Part shown: positions 9,339 to 18,673 of the stretch, in pieces
Position numbering within the stretch: position 1 is the first letter of the stretch
How the letters are laid out: every line of letters begins with the position of its first letter
IMG/VR virus record: IMGVR_UViG_3300018012_000099
Length of the DNA: 64,000 nucleotides
Reading direction: 5' to 3' (one strand)
Source of the DNA: a virus
Taxonomy: Duplodnaviria > Caudoviricetes
The notes under the pieces: model-generated
Databases searched by the model: none
The model's input: only the letters and a program-made list of their open reading frames with translations
What the model was told of the DNA's origin: nothing
Program-made: the position numbers and the translations under genes

Positions 9339-9602
9339 ATGACCACGGTAAAAGCTTGTAATTGTATAGTGTGTGCGTGCGAGTTCAACCCAGAAGAACT
9401 CCAAAGCGTAGCGTTGTCTAAAATCAATGTTACTCGTTTTAAGATTTGTCAGGCTTGTTTAGATCAGTGTGATCCGGCTGAGGACTATCGTCAAGCACGC
9501 GAAATTGTTAGCTCTTACCTATGGTTTGCTGAAACTCGTGATCTATTCAAGGAAGCGTCTAATATTTTAGGAAACGTTGCTTCTACTAAGAAAAATTCAT
9601 AA
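9339..9602 (+). CDS. Small zinc-finger protein
   Basis: CIVC and CQAC pairs. Confidence 0.6.
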   Translation: MTTVKACNCIVCACEFNPEELQSVALSKINVTRFKICQACLDQCDPAEDYRQAREIVSSYLWFAETRDLFKEASNILGNVASTKKNS

Positions 9603-9749
9603 TTGAATGATTATGACAGTCGGATTATTCTCTTCTTGAGTTTCCTCTTCACGCTTTTTAGGTGGCGGAGGAACGAGTTCGATGTGTAGAGGCTCTGGCT
9701 TCCATTCTTTCTTTTTCTTCTCGTGGATAAAAGGAAAGTAATCGGTCAT
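9597..9749 (-). CDS. 50-aa small protein, the only supported minus-strand gene (below the ORF-track cutoff)
   Basis: GGAGG RBS, then MTDYFPFIHEKKKKEWKPEPLHIELVPPPPKKREEETQEENNPTVIIIQL*; fills an otherwise empty gap. Confidence 0.7.
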   Translation of the reverse strand: MTDYFPFIHEKKKKEWKPEPLHIELVPPPPKKREEETQEENNPTVIIIQL

Positions 9750-9790
9750 TAAACCTCCGGACAATATGTATATGTCGGAATATTGGTATC

Positions 9791-9991
9791 ATGATGTGTA
9801 GTTCATGCTCCAAGCTTGCCTTTTTGTATACTAAAAAACGTTGTATTCGTTGTCAAGGGGAAGTGCTTGTAACTGTTGCGGTTCTGTGTGAGTTTTGCTC
9901 CCTCACCGATAAGATTTGCTCTGTCTGTCTAAAAAAGACTACTGCATCTGTGCCTGCCAATCGAGGTTGTGGATGCGGTGGCAAGAAATAA
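9791..9991 (+). CDS. Cys-rich double zinc-ribbon microprotein
   Basis: Four CxxC pairs plus terminal GCGCGG in 66 aa. Confidence 0.65.
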   Translation: MMCSSCSKLAFLYTKKRCIRCQGEVLVTVAVLCEFCSLTDKICSVCLKKTTASVPANRGCGCGGKK

Positions 9992-10012
9992 GCTGGATAT
10001 ATAGGTAAGTGC

Positions 10013-10540
10013 ATGATTATTACCAATAACGAAGAACTGCTTAGAGTTAAATGTGAAGATGTTTTATCTGAAGAGATTGGAACACTGATTGAGACTCTAG
10101 AAAAAGAATTGGATTATGCCAATAGATTAGGTAAAGGTGGTATTGGATTAGCTGCTCCACAGATTGGTATTGCTAAGAAAATTGCTATTGTTAGATTAAA
10201 CAATGCAAAATTTGATTTGGTCAATGCTAAAATTCAACAGGGATTTGATCCAACTCTTTTTCAAGAGGAAGGATGCTTATCATTTCCGGGTCGTGTAGAA
10301 AATACCATCCGATTTCAAGAGGTTTATATTATCGACAATCTAATCTCTCCTCATCGTTTTGTGGCTACTGGGTTGTTGGCGGTAGTTTGCCAGCATGAAT
10401 TAGATCATGTTAACTCTACACTCTTTATGGACCGTATGGTGCCTAAGCCAGTGACGGTCGTTAAAACAGCTAAAGCAGGACCTAATGATCCTTGCCCTTG
10501 CCTTTCTGGCAAGAAATACAAGAAATGTTGCAAAAGGTAA
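10013..10540 (+). CDS. def: Peptide deformylase fused to a C-terminal SEC-C motif
   Basis: GIGLAAPQIG, EGCLS, QHELDH; C-terminal GPNDPCPCLSGKKYKKCC. Confidence 0.93.
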   Translation: MIITNNEELLRVKCEDVLSEEIGTLIETLEKELDYANRLGKGGIGLAAPQIGIAKKIAIVRLNNAKFDLVNAKIQQGFDPTLFQEEGCLSFPGRVENTIRFQEVYIIDNLISPHRFVATGLLAVVCQHELDHVNSTLFMDRMVPKPVTVVKTAKAGPNDPCPCLSGKKYKKCCKR

Positions 10541-10542
10541 TA

Positions 10543-10794
10543 ATGACCGAAAAGAAATCTCCCGTAGAATTTAGTTCTGATATTCTGTTAGCTGATACTT
10601 TATTAAGATTAACAGCTTTAGAGAAGCTTTTAATTCAAAAGGGGCTCATTACTAAAGATGAACTAAATGATTTGACAGCTGTTTTGGTTGAGAATGTGAC
10701 CAAAGTGATAATGGATAAGGTCAAATCATCTAAAGATTTAAATGATTTTGTGTCTTCTTTAGGTGGAGAAATTAACAAAGAGATTAAAAACTAA
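10543..10794 (+). CDS. Hypothetical helical protein
   Basis: ALEKLLIQKGLITKDEL motif; start placed at ATG 10543. Confidence 0.6.
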   Translation: MTEKKSPVEFSSDILLADTLLRLTALEKLLIQKGLITKDELNDLTAVLVENVTKVIMDKVKSSKDLNDFVSSLGGEINKEIKN

Positions 10795-11111
10795 TGTTCT
10801 TTATTACCAATGAAACGGATTTAAATTTCAATTGGAAAGAATATCCTGTTCAAGGTCTGTATTTTTATCGTTCGGATATGCCCTTTCATACTAAACTTAT
10901 TGGTATTATCGATTATTTACGTAAAAAATACAAGCTAATTTGTTTTTATGGTATTGATGCTGAACAATTTAGTGGTTCCTGTATTAGGTTTGAAATTAAT
11001 TCGGTTCCCACATTAGTAGTGTTAAAGAACGCCAAAGAAGTTAAAAGAATAGAGGGTTCAGTCAAAACGCGAGATTTTATCGACCTTTTCGATGATATAT
11101 GTATCACATGA
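10794..11111 (+). CDS. Thioredoxin-fold protein lacking CxxC
   Basis: IDAEQ...FEINSVPTLVVLKNAKEVKRIEG is the C-terminal thioredoxin signature; no WCxxC. Confidence 0.7.
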   Translation: MFFITNETDLNFNWKEYPVQGLYFYRSDMPFHTKLIGIIDYLRKKYKLICFYGIDAEQFSGSCIRFEINSVPTLVVLKNAKEVKRIEGSVKTRDFIDLFDDICIT

Positions 11112-11120
11112 GTTCCCTAA

Positions 11121-11618
11121 ATGGAGAAAGCCATGCCTAAAAAGACCGTTAAGACTACCAACAAGATCGTAAAGGCTACTAAAGCCACCAAAAAATCAGT
11201 AAAGAAGCCGAACCAAAAGTCTCCGAAGACCACAGTTTTAAAAGTAAAAAACTTTGGGTCTAAGGGAGATACCTTTACTGACGATACTGTCGCCATCGCC
11301 ACCGCTCTCGAGAAAGCGGCTGCACGGTCGTCATATCCTGCCGTTTCTGTTGTCGTTACACCAGTCACTGAAGCTCAAAAGATTTGGGAAGAAATTAGAT
11401 ATCGTCCTATTGAGATGTTTGCACTGCCAAATCAGGTAGTAGAACAACACTGTACTCCATTTCCTGCTGAACCAAATAGGCTCTTTTTGACAGTTCGTTC
11501 TACGGCTACTTTACCATCTTTAGAGGTGGCTTGTGGTAAGGATTTTGTTGTAGAATTAGCGGACAAATTTGTTATTGTAGCCAGAGCGGTTGCCTCCCCT
11601 ATCCCTCCTAAAAAGTAA
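11121..11618 (+). CDS. Hypothetical protein with Lys-rich N-terminus and a pectate-lyase-3-like capping motif
   Basis: KKTVKTTNKIVKATKATKKSVKK followed by VKNFGSKGDTFTDDTVAI. Confidence 0.6.
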   Translation: MEKAMPKKTVKTTNKIVKATKATKKSVKKPNQKSPKTTVLKVKNFGSKGDTFTDDTVAIATALEKAAARSSYPAVSVVVTPVTEAQKIWEEIRYRPIEMFALPNQVVEQHCTPFPAEPNRLFLTVRSTATLPSLEVACGKDFVVELADKFVIVARAVASPIPPKK

Positions 11619-11628
11619 TCGAGAAAAC

Positions 11629-12138
11629 ATGTCAGGACCCTTTGATGAAGAACTAAAAGAACCGCGCGAGAATAAGGTTACGTTAAAAAACGTTAGCTCA
11701 CAAAAATCTATGTTTGACGGGCAACCTAAAAAGCCAACTCAGCAAAAGTTAGATCAACAGGTGCATGCTGCCCAAGAGCGCTCATCATCTTATAAAGTTC
11801 GCGCCGCCAAATTGGCTCAAGATTTTGGTCGATTAATGACTGATAAAACGTTGCCACAGAACAAGAATATTTTTGCTCAAGAAGCCGAACGAGAAGTTTT
11901 AACTAATATGATTCAATTAGCCATTGAAATTAATAACGATCCAATTGAGCAAGAAGGTATGGGATCCCTAGGCTGGATTACTGTCTTATTCAAGACTTGT
12001 ATGGCGCAGCGTGATCGTCTAAATTTATTAGAATATCAGATGTTTCAATTTGAAAAGAAAATAGATTCTACTACTCTCGTTGATTTTATAAATAAAGAAG
12101 TTAATAAGGCACTTGACAAGAAAAAGTCGGAAGAATAA
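11629..12138 (+). CDS. Hypothetical helical protein
   Basis: Start placed at ATG 11629. Confidence 0.6.
   Translation: MSGPFDEELKEPRENKVTLKNVSSQKSMFDGQPKKPTQQKLDQQVHAAQERSSSYKVRAAKLAQDFGRLMTDKTLPQNKNIFAQEAEREVLTNMIQLAIEINNDPIEQEGMGSLGWITVLFKTCMAQRDRLNLLEYQMFQFEKKIDSTTLVDFINKEVNKALDKKKSEE
12113..12127 (+). promoter_or_regulatory. TTGACAAGAAAAAGT motif (shared with 32935 and 35365)
   Basis: 13 of 15 nt identical to the motif at 32935 and 35365; upstream of the primase-ZBD/sbcDC operon. Confidence 0.45.
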
Positions 12139-12139
12139 T

Positions 12140-12328
12140 ATGTCTGTGACTACTCCCAAGGAGTTCCTTTTATCTCTCATTTCTGAGGAAAAAGAGAACT
12201 TTGGAAAATATACACAATCATGCGCTCAATATCAAGTCCAACCGGATCCATTGGCCCTAGCACGTCACCAGGGGAGACTGGAGATGTTGCAGAGGCTTTT
12301 ACAAGAAAAGATCATTACAAAGAACTAA
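12140..12328 (+). CDS. Hypothetical protein
   Basis: 62 aa from ATG 12140; overlaps the next ORF by 109 nt. Confidence 0.5.
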   Translation: MSVTTPKEFLLSLISEEKENFGKYTQSCAQYQVQPDPLALARHQGRLEMLQRLLQEKIITKN

Positions 12329-12846
12329 TTGATCGGGCTAATACAGTCCCACTGACTCGTATTTTCAAGTGGTATCGTTTGCGTATTGACGCAATCAATC
12401 GTAAGGTTACATGCCCATTCAAATCTCATAAGGGTGGACGTGAAAATACAGCGTCATTTAATTATTATGCAGAAACCAATACTTTCTGTTGTTATGGTTG
12501 TGGGGTGGGAAATAGGCATGCACGTGGAGTAGAATTTGTAGCTGCCATGGATGGCATTTCTCGTGACCGAGCAGCTGCCAAAATTTTAGAACTTTTTCCC
12601 ACCGATGTTGACGAAGATCAAATCGTCAGTCACCAGGATTTTTCTGAACGCCTGGAGATCATGATGGATTTTTCCAATCTCGTTAGAGAGTTTCATCAAA
12701 CACATAATGACGAAAAATCGCAGAAATTTATCGAGGATATGTGCTGGGTATATGATCAGCACAACCTCAAGCACGACCATAGCAATGAAGCACTTCGTCG
12801 CATAGTTGAGCAAATAAAGGACAAGATCATTTCTTACACATGCTAA
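12220..12846 (+). CDS. Stand-alone CHC2 zinc-finger protein (DnaG primase zinc-binding domain-like)
   Basis: CPFKSH...TASF...FCCYGCG...GVEFV pattern; no Toprim domain; start uncertain. Confidence 0.8.
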   Translation: MRSISSPTGSIGPSTSPGETGDVAEAFTRKDHYKELIDRANTVPLTRIFKWYRLRIDAINRKVTCPFKSHKGGRENTASFNYYAETNTFCCYGCGVGNRHARGVEFVAAMDGISRDRAAAKILELFPTDVDEDQIVSHQDFSERLEIMMDFSNLVREFHQTHNDEKSQKFIEDMCWVYDQHNLKHDHSNEALRRIVEQIKDKIISYTC

Positions 12847-14036
12847 ATGTAATCATCCTAGGCGATGTACATTTAGGTAAGGGTACCAGCATAGGTAAAG
12901 CTGTGGTGGGTGCTAACCTGAATAGTCGCATTGCTGACCAACTCAACCTTTTGGATTGGACGTTGGATAGAGCGTTAGAGCATCATTCGCAGCATATCAT
13001 CATTACTGGTGATATCTTCGAGGATCCCAAGCCACATCCCACGCTTCTAACTTTGTTTGTTTCGTGGCTTAAGAAGTGTCAAGCGCACGAAGTACATGTC
13101 CACATTATCTTGGGTAACCATGATATTCTACGTAGTGGGTTCAGCTACGCCTCACCGTTAGATGTTATTGGTGAAGTGGAGTTAGATAACGTCAGTATCT
13201 ATAAGGATATTGACACTGTGTTAATAGGTCGAACCGCATTCACTATTGTTCCCTTTAGAGATAGGAAGTCCTTTAGCGTTGCGAGCAACACCGAGGCTAT
13301 TTCCATTTTGAGGGAAAGTCTTGTCTACGAATTGGCGGGTATTCCCAACACCTATCAAAAAGTACTGATTGGACATCTTGCCATTGATGGCTCTATCCCG
13401 GTAGGTGATGAAATTGATGATATCACCAACGAGTTGTTCTGTCCATTGGATATGTTTAGTGGATACGATTACACCTGGATGGGACACGTACATAAACCAC
13501 AAGTGATGCAGAAGTCTCCGTACGTGGCGCACATTGGTAGCATGGACATCTCTAACTTTGGGGAGACCGACCAAAAGAAGTTCATCATCATCTTCGACTG
13601 CTACTCGCGCAAGCACGCCTGGACGTCTGAGTATTTGCCCACACGCCCACTTAAAAAATTGAGCGTGGTGGTGCCTAAGGACACTAAGGATCCCACCGAT
13701 TTCGTACTTAAGGAATTGGAGAAAGTAGACGATTGGAGTAAAGCTATCGTGCGCCTAGACGTGTCTCTAGCTGCGCCTGAACTTCAGTCCATTAACAAAA
13801 CGACTTTGGAACAATACTTGACTTCTCATGGTGCTTTCAACGTCACCGGTATTTCAGAGTCCAAGAAGATCACTCTTATCAAAAAGGATGATAACAACAC
13901 CATCGATACCAAGATGGATGTGGCGACCTCTATCAAAACGTACGCCGAGAAATACGTGGAAGATAAGCTACGACCACAGTTCATCGAACTAGCTATGGAT
14001 ATCTACAATCATTACAAGTTAGAGGCGAAAGAATGA
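12840..14036 (+). CDS. sbcD: SbcD/Mre11-like nuclease (T4 gp47-like)
   Basis: GDVHLG, TGDIF, GNHD, GHL, MGHVH metallophosphoesterase motifs. Confidence 0.9.
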   Translation: MLNVIILGDVHLGKGTSIGKAVVGANLNSRIADQLNLLDWTLDRALEHHSQHIIITGDIFEDPKPHPTLLTLFVSWLKKCQAHEVHVHIILGNHDILRSGFSYASPLDVIGEVELDNVSIYKDIDTVLIGRTAFTIVPFRDRKSFSVASNTEAISILRESLVYELAGIPNTYQKVLIGHLAIDGSIPVGDEIDDITNELFCPLDMFSGYDYTWMGHVHKPQVMQKSPYVAHIGSMDISNFGETDQKKFIIIFDCYSRKHAWTSEYLPTRPLKKLSVVVPKDTKDPTDFVLKELEKVDDWSKAIVRLDVSLAAPELQSINKTTLEQYLTSHGAFNVTGISESKKITLIKKDDNNTIDTKMDVATSIKTYAEKYVEDKLRPQFIELAMDIYNHYKLEAKE

Positions 14037-16240
14037 AGCCACTACGTCTGTACATCAAAGATTTCATGTGTTATGACTGGGTGTATATCGATTTTACGCA
14101 GTTTAGTTCTGCCCTATTAGTAGGTAAAACTGAGGGTAATGATGCAGAAGCCAATGGTGTAGGGAAGACTACTATTTTTAAATCTATCGAATACGTGCTG
14201 TTCAATCAGTCTAATTTCAATCTAGAGAAGATTATCCGAGATGAAGCTCCCGCTTGTAAAGTGGTATTTGACTTCATAGTGGAGGATAAGGAATACAGAC
14301 TTGCGCGCACGCGCACGCGCAAGGGTAGTACTGATCTATCCTTATATGAGAGAACGCCCGAGATCGGACCCGAAGAAGAAGTGTTACACACTAATAGGTA
14401 TGAGGTTCTTTTTGATGACAGGTTTTGGAAAGATTTATCTGGTCGTCGAGCTGCTGACACCGAGAAAGACCTATCCAAACTTCTCAAGATCAATTATAAG
14501 TCTTTCAGGACTTTCGTCCATTTCGTACAGAACGACTTCAATAGCTTAGCTACCGCTACGCCCGAAAAACGTAAAACCATTCTTAAGGATGCTCTCAACC
14601 TAGTGATTTATGCCAAACTAGAGAAGATAGCCAAAGACAAATTTATCTCTCTGTCCCGCGAGCTAGATCGTATACGTACTTTGGTAGAATCGTTAGGCGA
14701 TCCAGAAGAAGAGCTGAGTAAATTCAACATACAATTAGATTCTGTAGAGAATGAATTAGTTGTACGTCAGGAAACATTACAAACCTTAAATGAATCTCTG
14801 AAGGAGGTAAATGCTAAAATAAGCAGTCTGATTATCCAGCATTCCGTTTTGGAAGGCAAGTTTTCTGCTCTACTGAACCGAGAGCAAACACTCATTCAAA
14901 ATAAGGGTAGGTTAGAGATTTCCATCAAGGAATACAATACCAAGAAAACTAATATCATTCAAGATGCTCGCGCATTATTATTGGAGGTAAAGCAGCTAGA
15001 GAAAACACAGGCTCAGTTGGCGGCTATAGACTATTCGCAAATTGATATCTTGAACGAACAGATTGAACAGAAGAAAATATTGGTAACAGAACACAATGTT
15101 AACATTCAGAATAATATGGTTGCCTATGAAGAGTTGAAGATTCCTATGCCTACGGATAGTGTATGTAAACACTGTCGTCAGCCAATGACAGAACAGCATC
15201 GTCAAGAGTGTCGCGCTAAAGATCAGTCTCAGATGGCGGAACTGCAAATCAAGATTAAAGATGGCAAAGTAGCTGTCCATAAGTTGAATATGGAAATTCA
15301 GGCAAGTCAACAGACCATTAGTTCTCTTACTATGTCTAGACAACATTTGGAGGGCGTCAATACTAAGATCGTCACTAAGAAAAAGGAAGTAACTGATAAA
15401 CGCGGTATCCATAATGAATATGCTACTTTATTGGGAAGATACACTATTGAGCTAAAAGACAAAGAAATTGAGATAGAGCAAGTACGGGAAGAATTAAGAC
15501 AATCTTCTATTGAAGAAGCTAAGGTGCTGCAAGACAACATCAAGGTAGAGAAAGATAATGCCACCACGTTTTCTAGTAAGCTTGCAGTAGCTAACAAAGA
15601 AATTACCCATTTTACTAATCATAAAGCTGTTCTATTACACAGCATAGATCAGAAAAAAATGGACAAGCAAAAGAAAACTGACTTGTCTAAATTGATTAAA
15701 GAGCTAGAAGATAAGTTGGGTATGTACCCATTAGTTATCCAAGCTTTTTCTAGTATGGGTATTCCTAATCTCATCATTCATAATATTTTGGACGCTTTGC
15801 AACTAGAAGTTAATAAACTACTTGATCAATTCAAGCCGGGTTTGCAACTTTTCTTTTTTATCGAAAAGACTAAAGGCGATGGTACTGAAGCTGATACATT
15901 AGATATTACCTATCAAGTACATGGTAAAGATCGATATTATGAGCAACTCTCTGGTGCTATGCAGCTAATGGTACTATTTAGCCTAAAATTAGGTATGTCG
16001 TTTTTACTACAGAATTTATTAGGTATTGATATCAAGTTTCTATTACTAGATGAGTTAGACCAATCTCTCAGTAAAGGTAGAGTAGACGCTTTTGCCGACA
16101 TTATTAAATTCCTACAAAAAGATTTCACTATCTTAGTTATTACCCACAACGATCGTTTGAAAGATAGATTTACCCACGCTATTCTGGTGGAGCAGGATAT
16201 AAATATGGTGTCTCGAGCCCGGGTCGTTTCTCAATGGTAA
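14033..16240 (+). CDS. sbcC: SbcC/Rad50-like SMC ATPase (T4 gp46-like)
   Basis: NGVGKTT Walker A, coiled coils, CKHC zinc hook, LSGA signature, LLLDE Walker B, ITH. Confidence 0.92.
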   Translation: MKPLRLYIKDFMCYDWVYIDFTQFSSALLVGKTEGNDAEANGVGKTTIFKSIEYVLFNQSNFNLEKIIRDEAPACKVVFDFIVEDKEYRLARTRTRKGSTDLSLYERTPEIGPEEEVLHTNRYEVLFDDRFWKDLSGRRAADTEKDLSKLLKINYKSFRTFVHFVQNDFNSLATATPEKRKTILKDALNLVIYAKLEKIAKDKFISLSRELDRIRTLVESLGDPEEELSKFNIQLDSVENELVVRQETLQTLNESLKEVNAKISSLIIQHSVLEGKFSALLNREQTLIQNKGRLEISIKEYNTKKTNIIQDARALLLEVKQLEKTQAQLAAIDYSQIDILNEQIEQKKILVTEHNVNIQNNMVAYEELKIPMPTDSVCKHCRQPMTEQHRQECRAKDQSQMAELQIKIKDGKVAVHKLNMEIQASQQTISSLTMSRQHLEGVNTKIVTKKKEVTDKRGIHNEYATLLGRYTIELKDKEIEIEQVREELRQSSIEEAKVLQDNIKVEKDNATTFSSKLAVANKEITHFTNHKAVLLHSIDQKKMDKQKKTDLSKLIKELEDKLGMYPLVIQAFSSMGIPNLIIHNILDALQLEVNKLLDQFKPGLQLFFFIEKTKGDGTEADTLDITYQVHGKDRYYEQLSGAMQLMVLFSLKLGMSFLLQNLLGIDIKFLLLDELDQSLSKGRVDAFADIIKFLQKDFTILVITHNDRLKDRFTHAILVEQDINMVSRARVVSQW

Positions 16241-16340
16241 GATTTTTATGGAAATATACTAATAATTGGATATATGTATTGCAGCTGCTCACTTCGTATC
16301 ACAAAGATATGCAACTAATACGGCTACAAAGGATATAAAA

Positions 16341-17141
16341 ATGACTAATTTAACACAACAAATTGTGCTTAAAATCAGCCCAGAACTCAACTCTTTACTC
16401 GACAAAGCGTTTGAAAAGTCAGTACAAGAAACTGGAAATCCTCCCACGCGCTCTGATTATGTGCGCAGCATTTTGGAGAAGCACTGCGTCAGCGAATTAA
16501 AACAATACAAGTCAGTGGCTAATTTTTACGTCAAAGATGAACTATTGAATAAAGTCATTTGGACACTCCTTTGCAGAATTTATCAGGGAAGCTTGCCACA
16601 ACAAAATCCATTTAGAGCATTACATTTGACTGACTTTGTTGTAGGCGCCAGAATTGGTGTTGAAGAGATTTTTTATTATCTCAAAGATAGGGGTATCGTT
16701 GATTTAGATAAAGATAATAATGGCTCTCTCTCTTTACGTTTACGCGTTGCACCGTTGCAAGAAGCAATGCAGAGTGTATATTATAATAATATTCAGGAAC
16801 TAAAAAATATTGCCAGCGACAATATCGTCTATAGCAACGAAATGCTCAATTTTATTAAGATGATTAAGTTATGGAACAAACCAGAAAATAAATATTCTGT
16901 TGGGGATATGTGCATGTTTTCTTTTCATTTACCGCAAGCAAAACCTAATTTGAGCAACAATGGATTCATTATAACCAAAGATTCTTCCACACTCATTCCT
17001 AATGAGTGGTTTGTCAGAGACGTATTGAATGATAGTCCATCAGAATATGCTAGACAATTATGGGATATTTCAAGAAAAGGTGATGAACATGAAAATGAAT
17101 TGTATATAACTTATCCTGATATTTATATTGGTCAAAAATAA
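16341..17141 (+). CDS. Hypothetical protein with N-terminal ribbon-helix-helix-like DNA-binding motif
   Basis: IVLKISPELNSLLD...TRSDYVRSIL; start placed at ATG 16341. Confidence 0.55.
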   Translation: MTNLTQQIVLKISPELNSLLDKAFEKSVQETGNPPTRSDYVRSILEKHCVSELKQYKSVANFYVKDELLNKVIWTLLCRIYQGSLPQQNPFRALHLTDFVVGARIGVEEIFYYLKDRGIVDLDKDNNGSLSLRLRVAPLQEAMQSVYYNNIQELKNIASDNIVYSNEMLNFIKMIKLWNKPENKYSVGDMCMFSFHLPQAKPNLSNNGFIITKDSSTLIPNEWFVRDVLNDSPSEYARQLWDISRKGDEHENELYITYPDIYIGQK

Positions 17142-17143
17142 AT

Positions 17144-17731
17144 ATGTATAAAATATATGTTCATCAAAACAAATCCAATCTAAAAATTTATGTTGGGTTC
17201 ACCAAAAATACTATTAAAAGATGGCGAGACACGAAGAGTAATGCATTCAATACAAAATTTAAAGAGTATAACGATCCGTTGTATCGTGCTATCCGCAAAT
17301 ATGGTTGGGATGGGTTTACCCATAATGTATGGGAAGAATTTGATAACAAAGATGATGCGTTAGAAGCAGAAAAATTTTGGATAGAGTTTTTTCGTTCTAA
17401 TATAAAAGTGTATGGTAATGACTATGGATACAATATGCATGAAGGTGGGAATTTACCTCCTATCGCCAAACCTGGACAAGGTAAAGGCAGAACTCATTCA
17501 TCAGAAACTAAACAAAAAATATCTATAAGTAAAATTGGTAATACTAATAGTTTGGGACACAAAGCATCTAATATTACTAAACAAAAAATGTCAGCAAGTG
17601 CTAAAAATAAACCAAAATCAGAAGAAGCAAAAAAGAACATGTCAAATGCAAAAAAGAAAGAAAAACATCCCAATTTTGGTAAGACTTGGAAAAAGATAAA
17701 TGGTAAAAGAATTTATATGGAGAAAAGGTAA
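17144..17731 (+). CDS. GIY-YIG homing endonuclease with NUMOD3-like repeats
   Basis: YKIYVH...KIYVGFT...RW; HSSETKQKIS and SEEAKKNMS repeats. Confidence 0.88.
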   Translation: MYKIYVHQNKSNLKIYVGFTKNTIKRWRDTKSNAFNTKFKEYNDPLYRAIRKYGWDGFTHNVWEEFDNKDDALEAEKFWIEFFRSNIKVYGNDYGYNMHEGGNLPPIAKPGQGKGRTHSSETKQKISISKIGNTNSLGHKASNITKQKMSASAKNKPKSEEAKKNMSNAKKKEKHPNFGKTWKKINGKRIYMEKR

Positions 17732-18330
17732 TGTACCGCATAGCGATAACTGGGAAGGCAAATTGTGGTAAAAATACTTTAAGTAGAATGTTGATTAGAC
17801 TTCTTCGCGATCAAAAAGGTCACTATATAAGTGCCAAACAATTAGCATTTGCCGATCCCATTAAAGAAATGATTAGGCAAATGCTTCCTACTTTACCTAA
17901 AAAATACCTTTATGGCCCTTCTAAATTTCGCAATGAATTTATTCCGGGTGCTTTTAAAGATGGTCAACCTCTAACTATTCGTCAGTTGTTAAAAGACATA
18001 GGAACTGAAATGGGTAGAAATTATATGCCTGCTGTTTGGTTAAATAATTTTGACTATCGTTTTGAACAAGTGAAACATCGTAGTATTGTTATAGTAACTG
18101 ATGTTCGCTTTCGTAATGAATTTGAACATTTGCGTCGAAAGGGTTTCTATCAAATTAGATTGTATCGTAATACAGGTGCGTCTGCACCCACGGACGTACA
18201 TGTTAGTGAGACCGATCAAGATTCTATTGCCGATCATGAATTTGATTATATATTACATAATGATTACGCTCTTCGAGATTTGAAAGCAGAAGTAGTCAAT
18301 CAGATAATACCGAGACTGTACGATGTCTAA
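17731..18330 (+). CDS. Deoxynucleoside monophosphate kinase (T4 gp1-like)
   Basis: IAITGKANCGKNT, AFADPIK, RQLL..IGTE.GR, VTDVRFRNE. Confidence 0.85.
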   Translation: MYRIAITGKANCGKNTLSRMLIRLLRDQKGHYISAKQLAFADPIKEMIRQMLPTLPKKYLYGPSKFRNEFIPGAFKDGQPLTIRQLLKDIGTEMGRNYMPAVWLNNFDYRFEQVKHRSIVIVTDVRFRNEFEHLRRKGFYQIRLYRNTGASAPTDVHVSETDQDSIADHEFDYILHNDYALRDLKAEVVNQIIPRLYDV

Positions 18331-18357
18331 AATGTAATATTTTGGTATACAGGTACA

Positions 18358-18672
18358 ATGAGCGCGGATCTTTTAAAGCAGGAATTTGTACCTAAATATT
18401 TAGAAAGTGGAGATGTTAAATTCTATCACTTTTTGCTGTTTTATGCTGTAAATAAGATGGTATTAATTGAACAGGGATTTGCTAAGTGCCTCACCCCTGA
18501 TATTGCATTTTTAGAGTGTCATGATCAATTTATAATTCTGTATAGAAGAGAGGGTGAAGAGTATTATTTACATATGGCTCGTGCTTTTCGCAAGGCAGCA
18601 CATAAACTTTATCGCGTTATGTTAAAGAAAAAATTAGCGACTTACAACCCACGATTTCTGAACTTGGTATGA
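18358..18672 (+). CDS. Hypothetical protein
   Basis: 104-aa ORF. Confidence 0.6.
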   Translation: MSADLLKQEFVPKYLESGDVKFYHFLLFYAVNKMVLIEQGFAKCLTPDIAFLECHDQFIILYRREGEEYYLHMARAFRKAAHKLYRVMLKKKLATYNPRFLNLV

Positions 18673-18673
18673 T

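Noticed and set aside
14300-14323. GCGCAC tandem repeat and 8-bp inverted repeat inside sbcC
   Set aside because: It encodes LARTRTRK in a normal position of the ATPase head; a single occurrence, probably a coding coincidence
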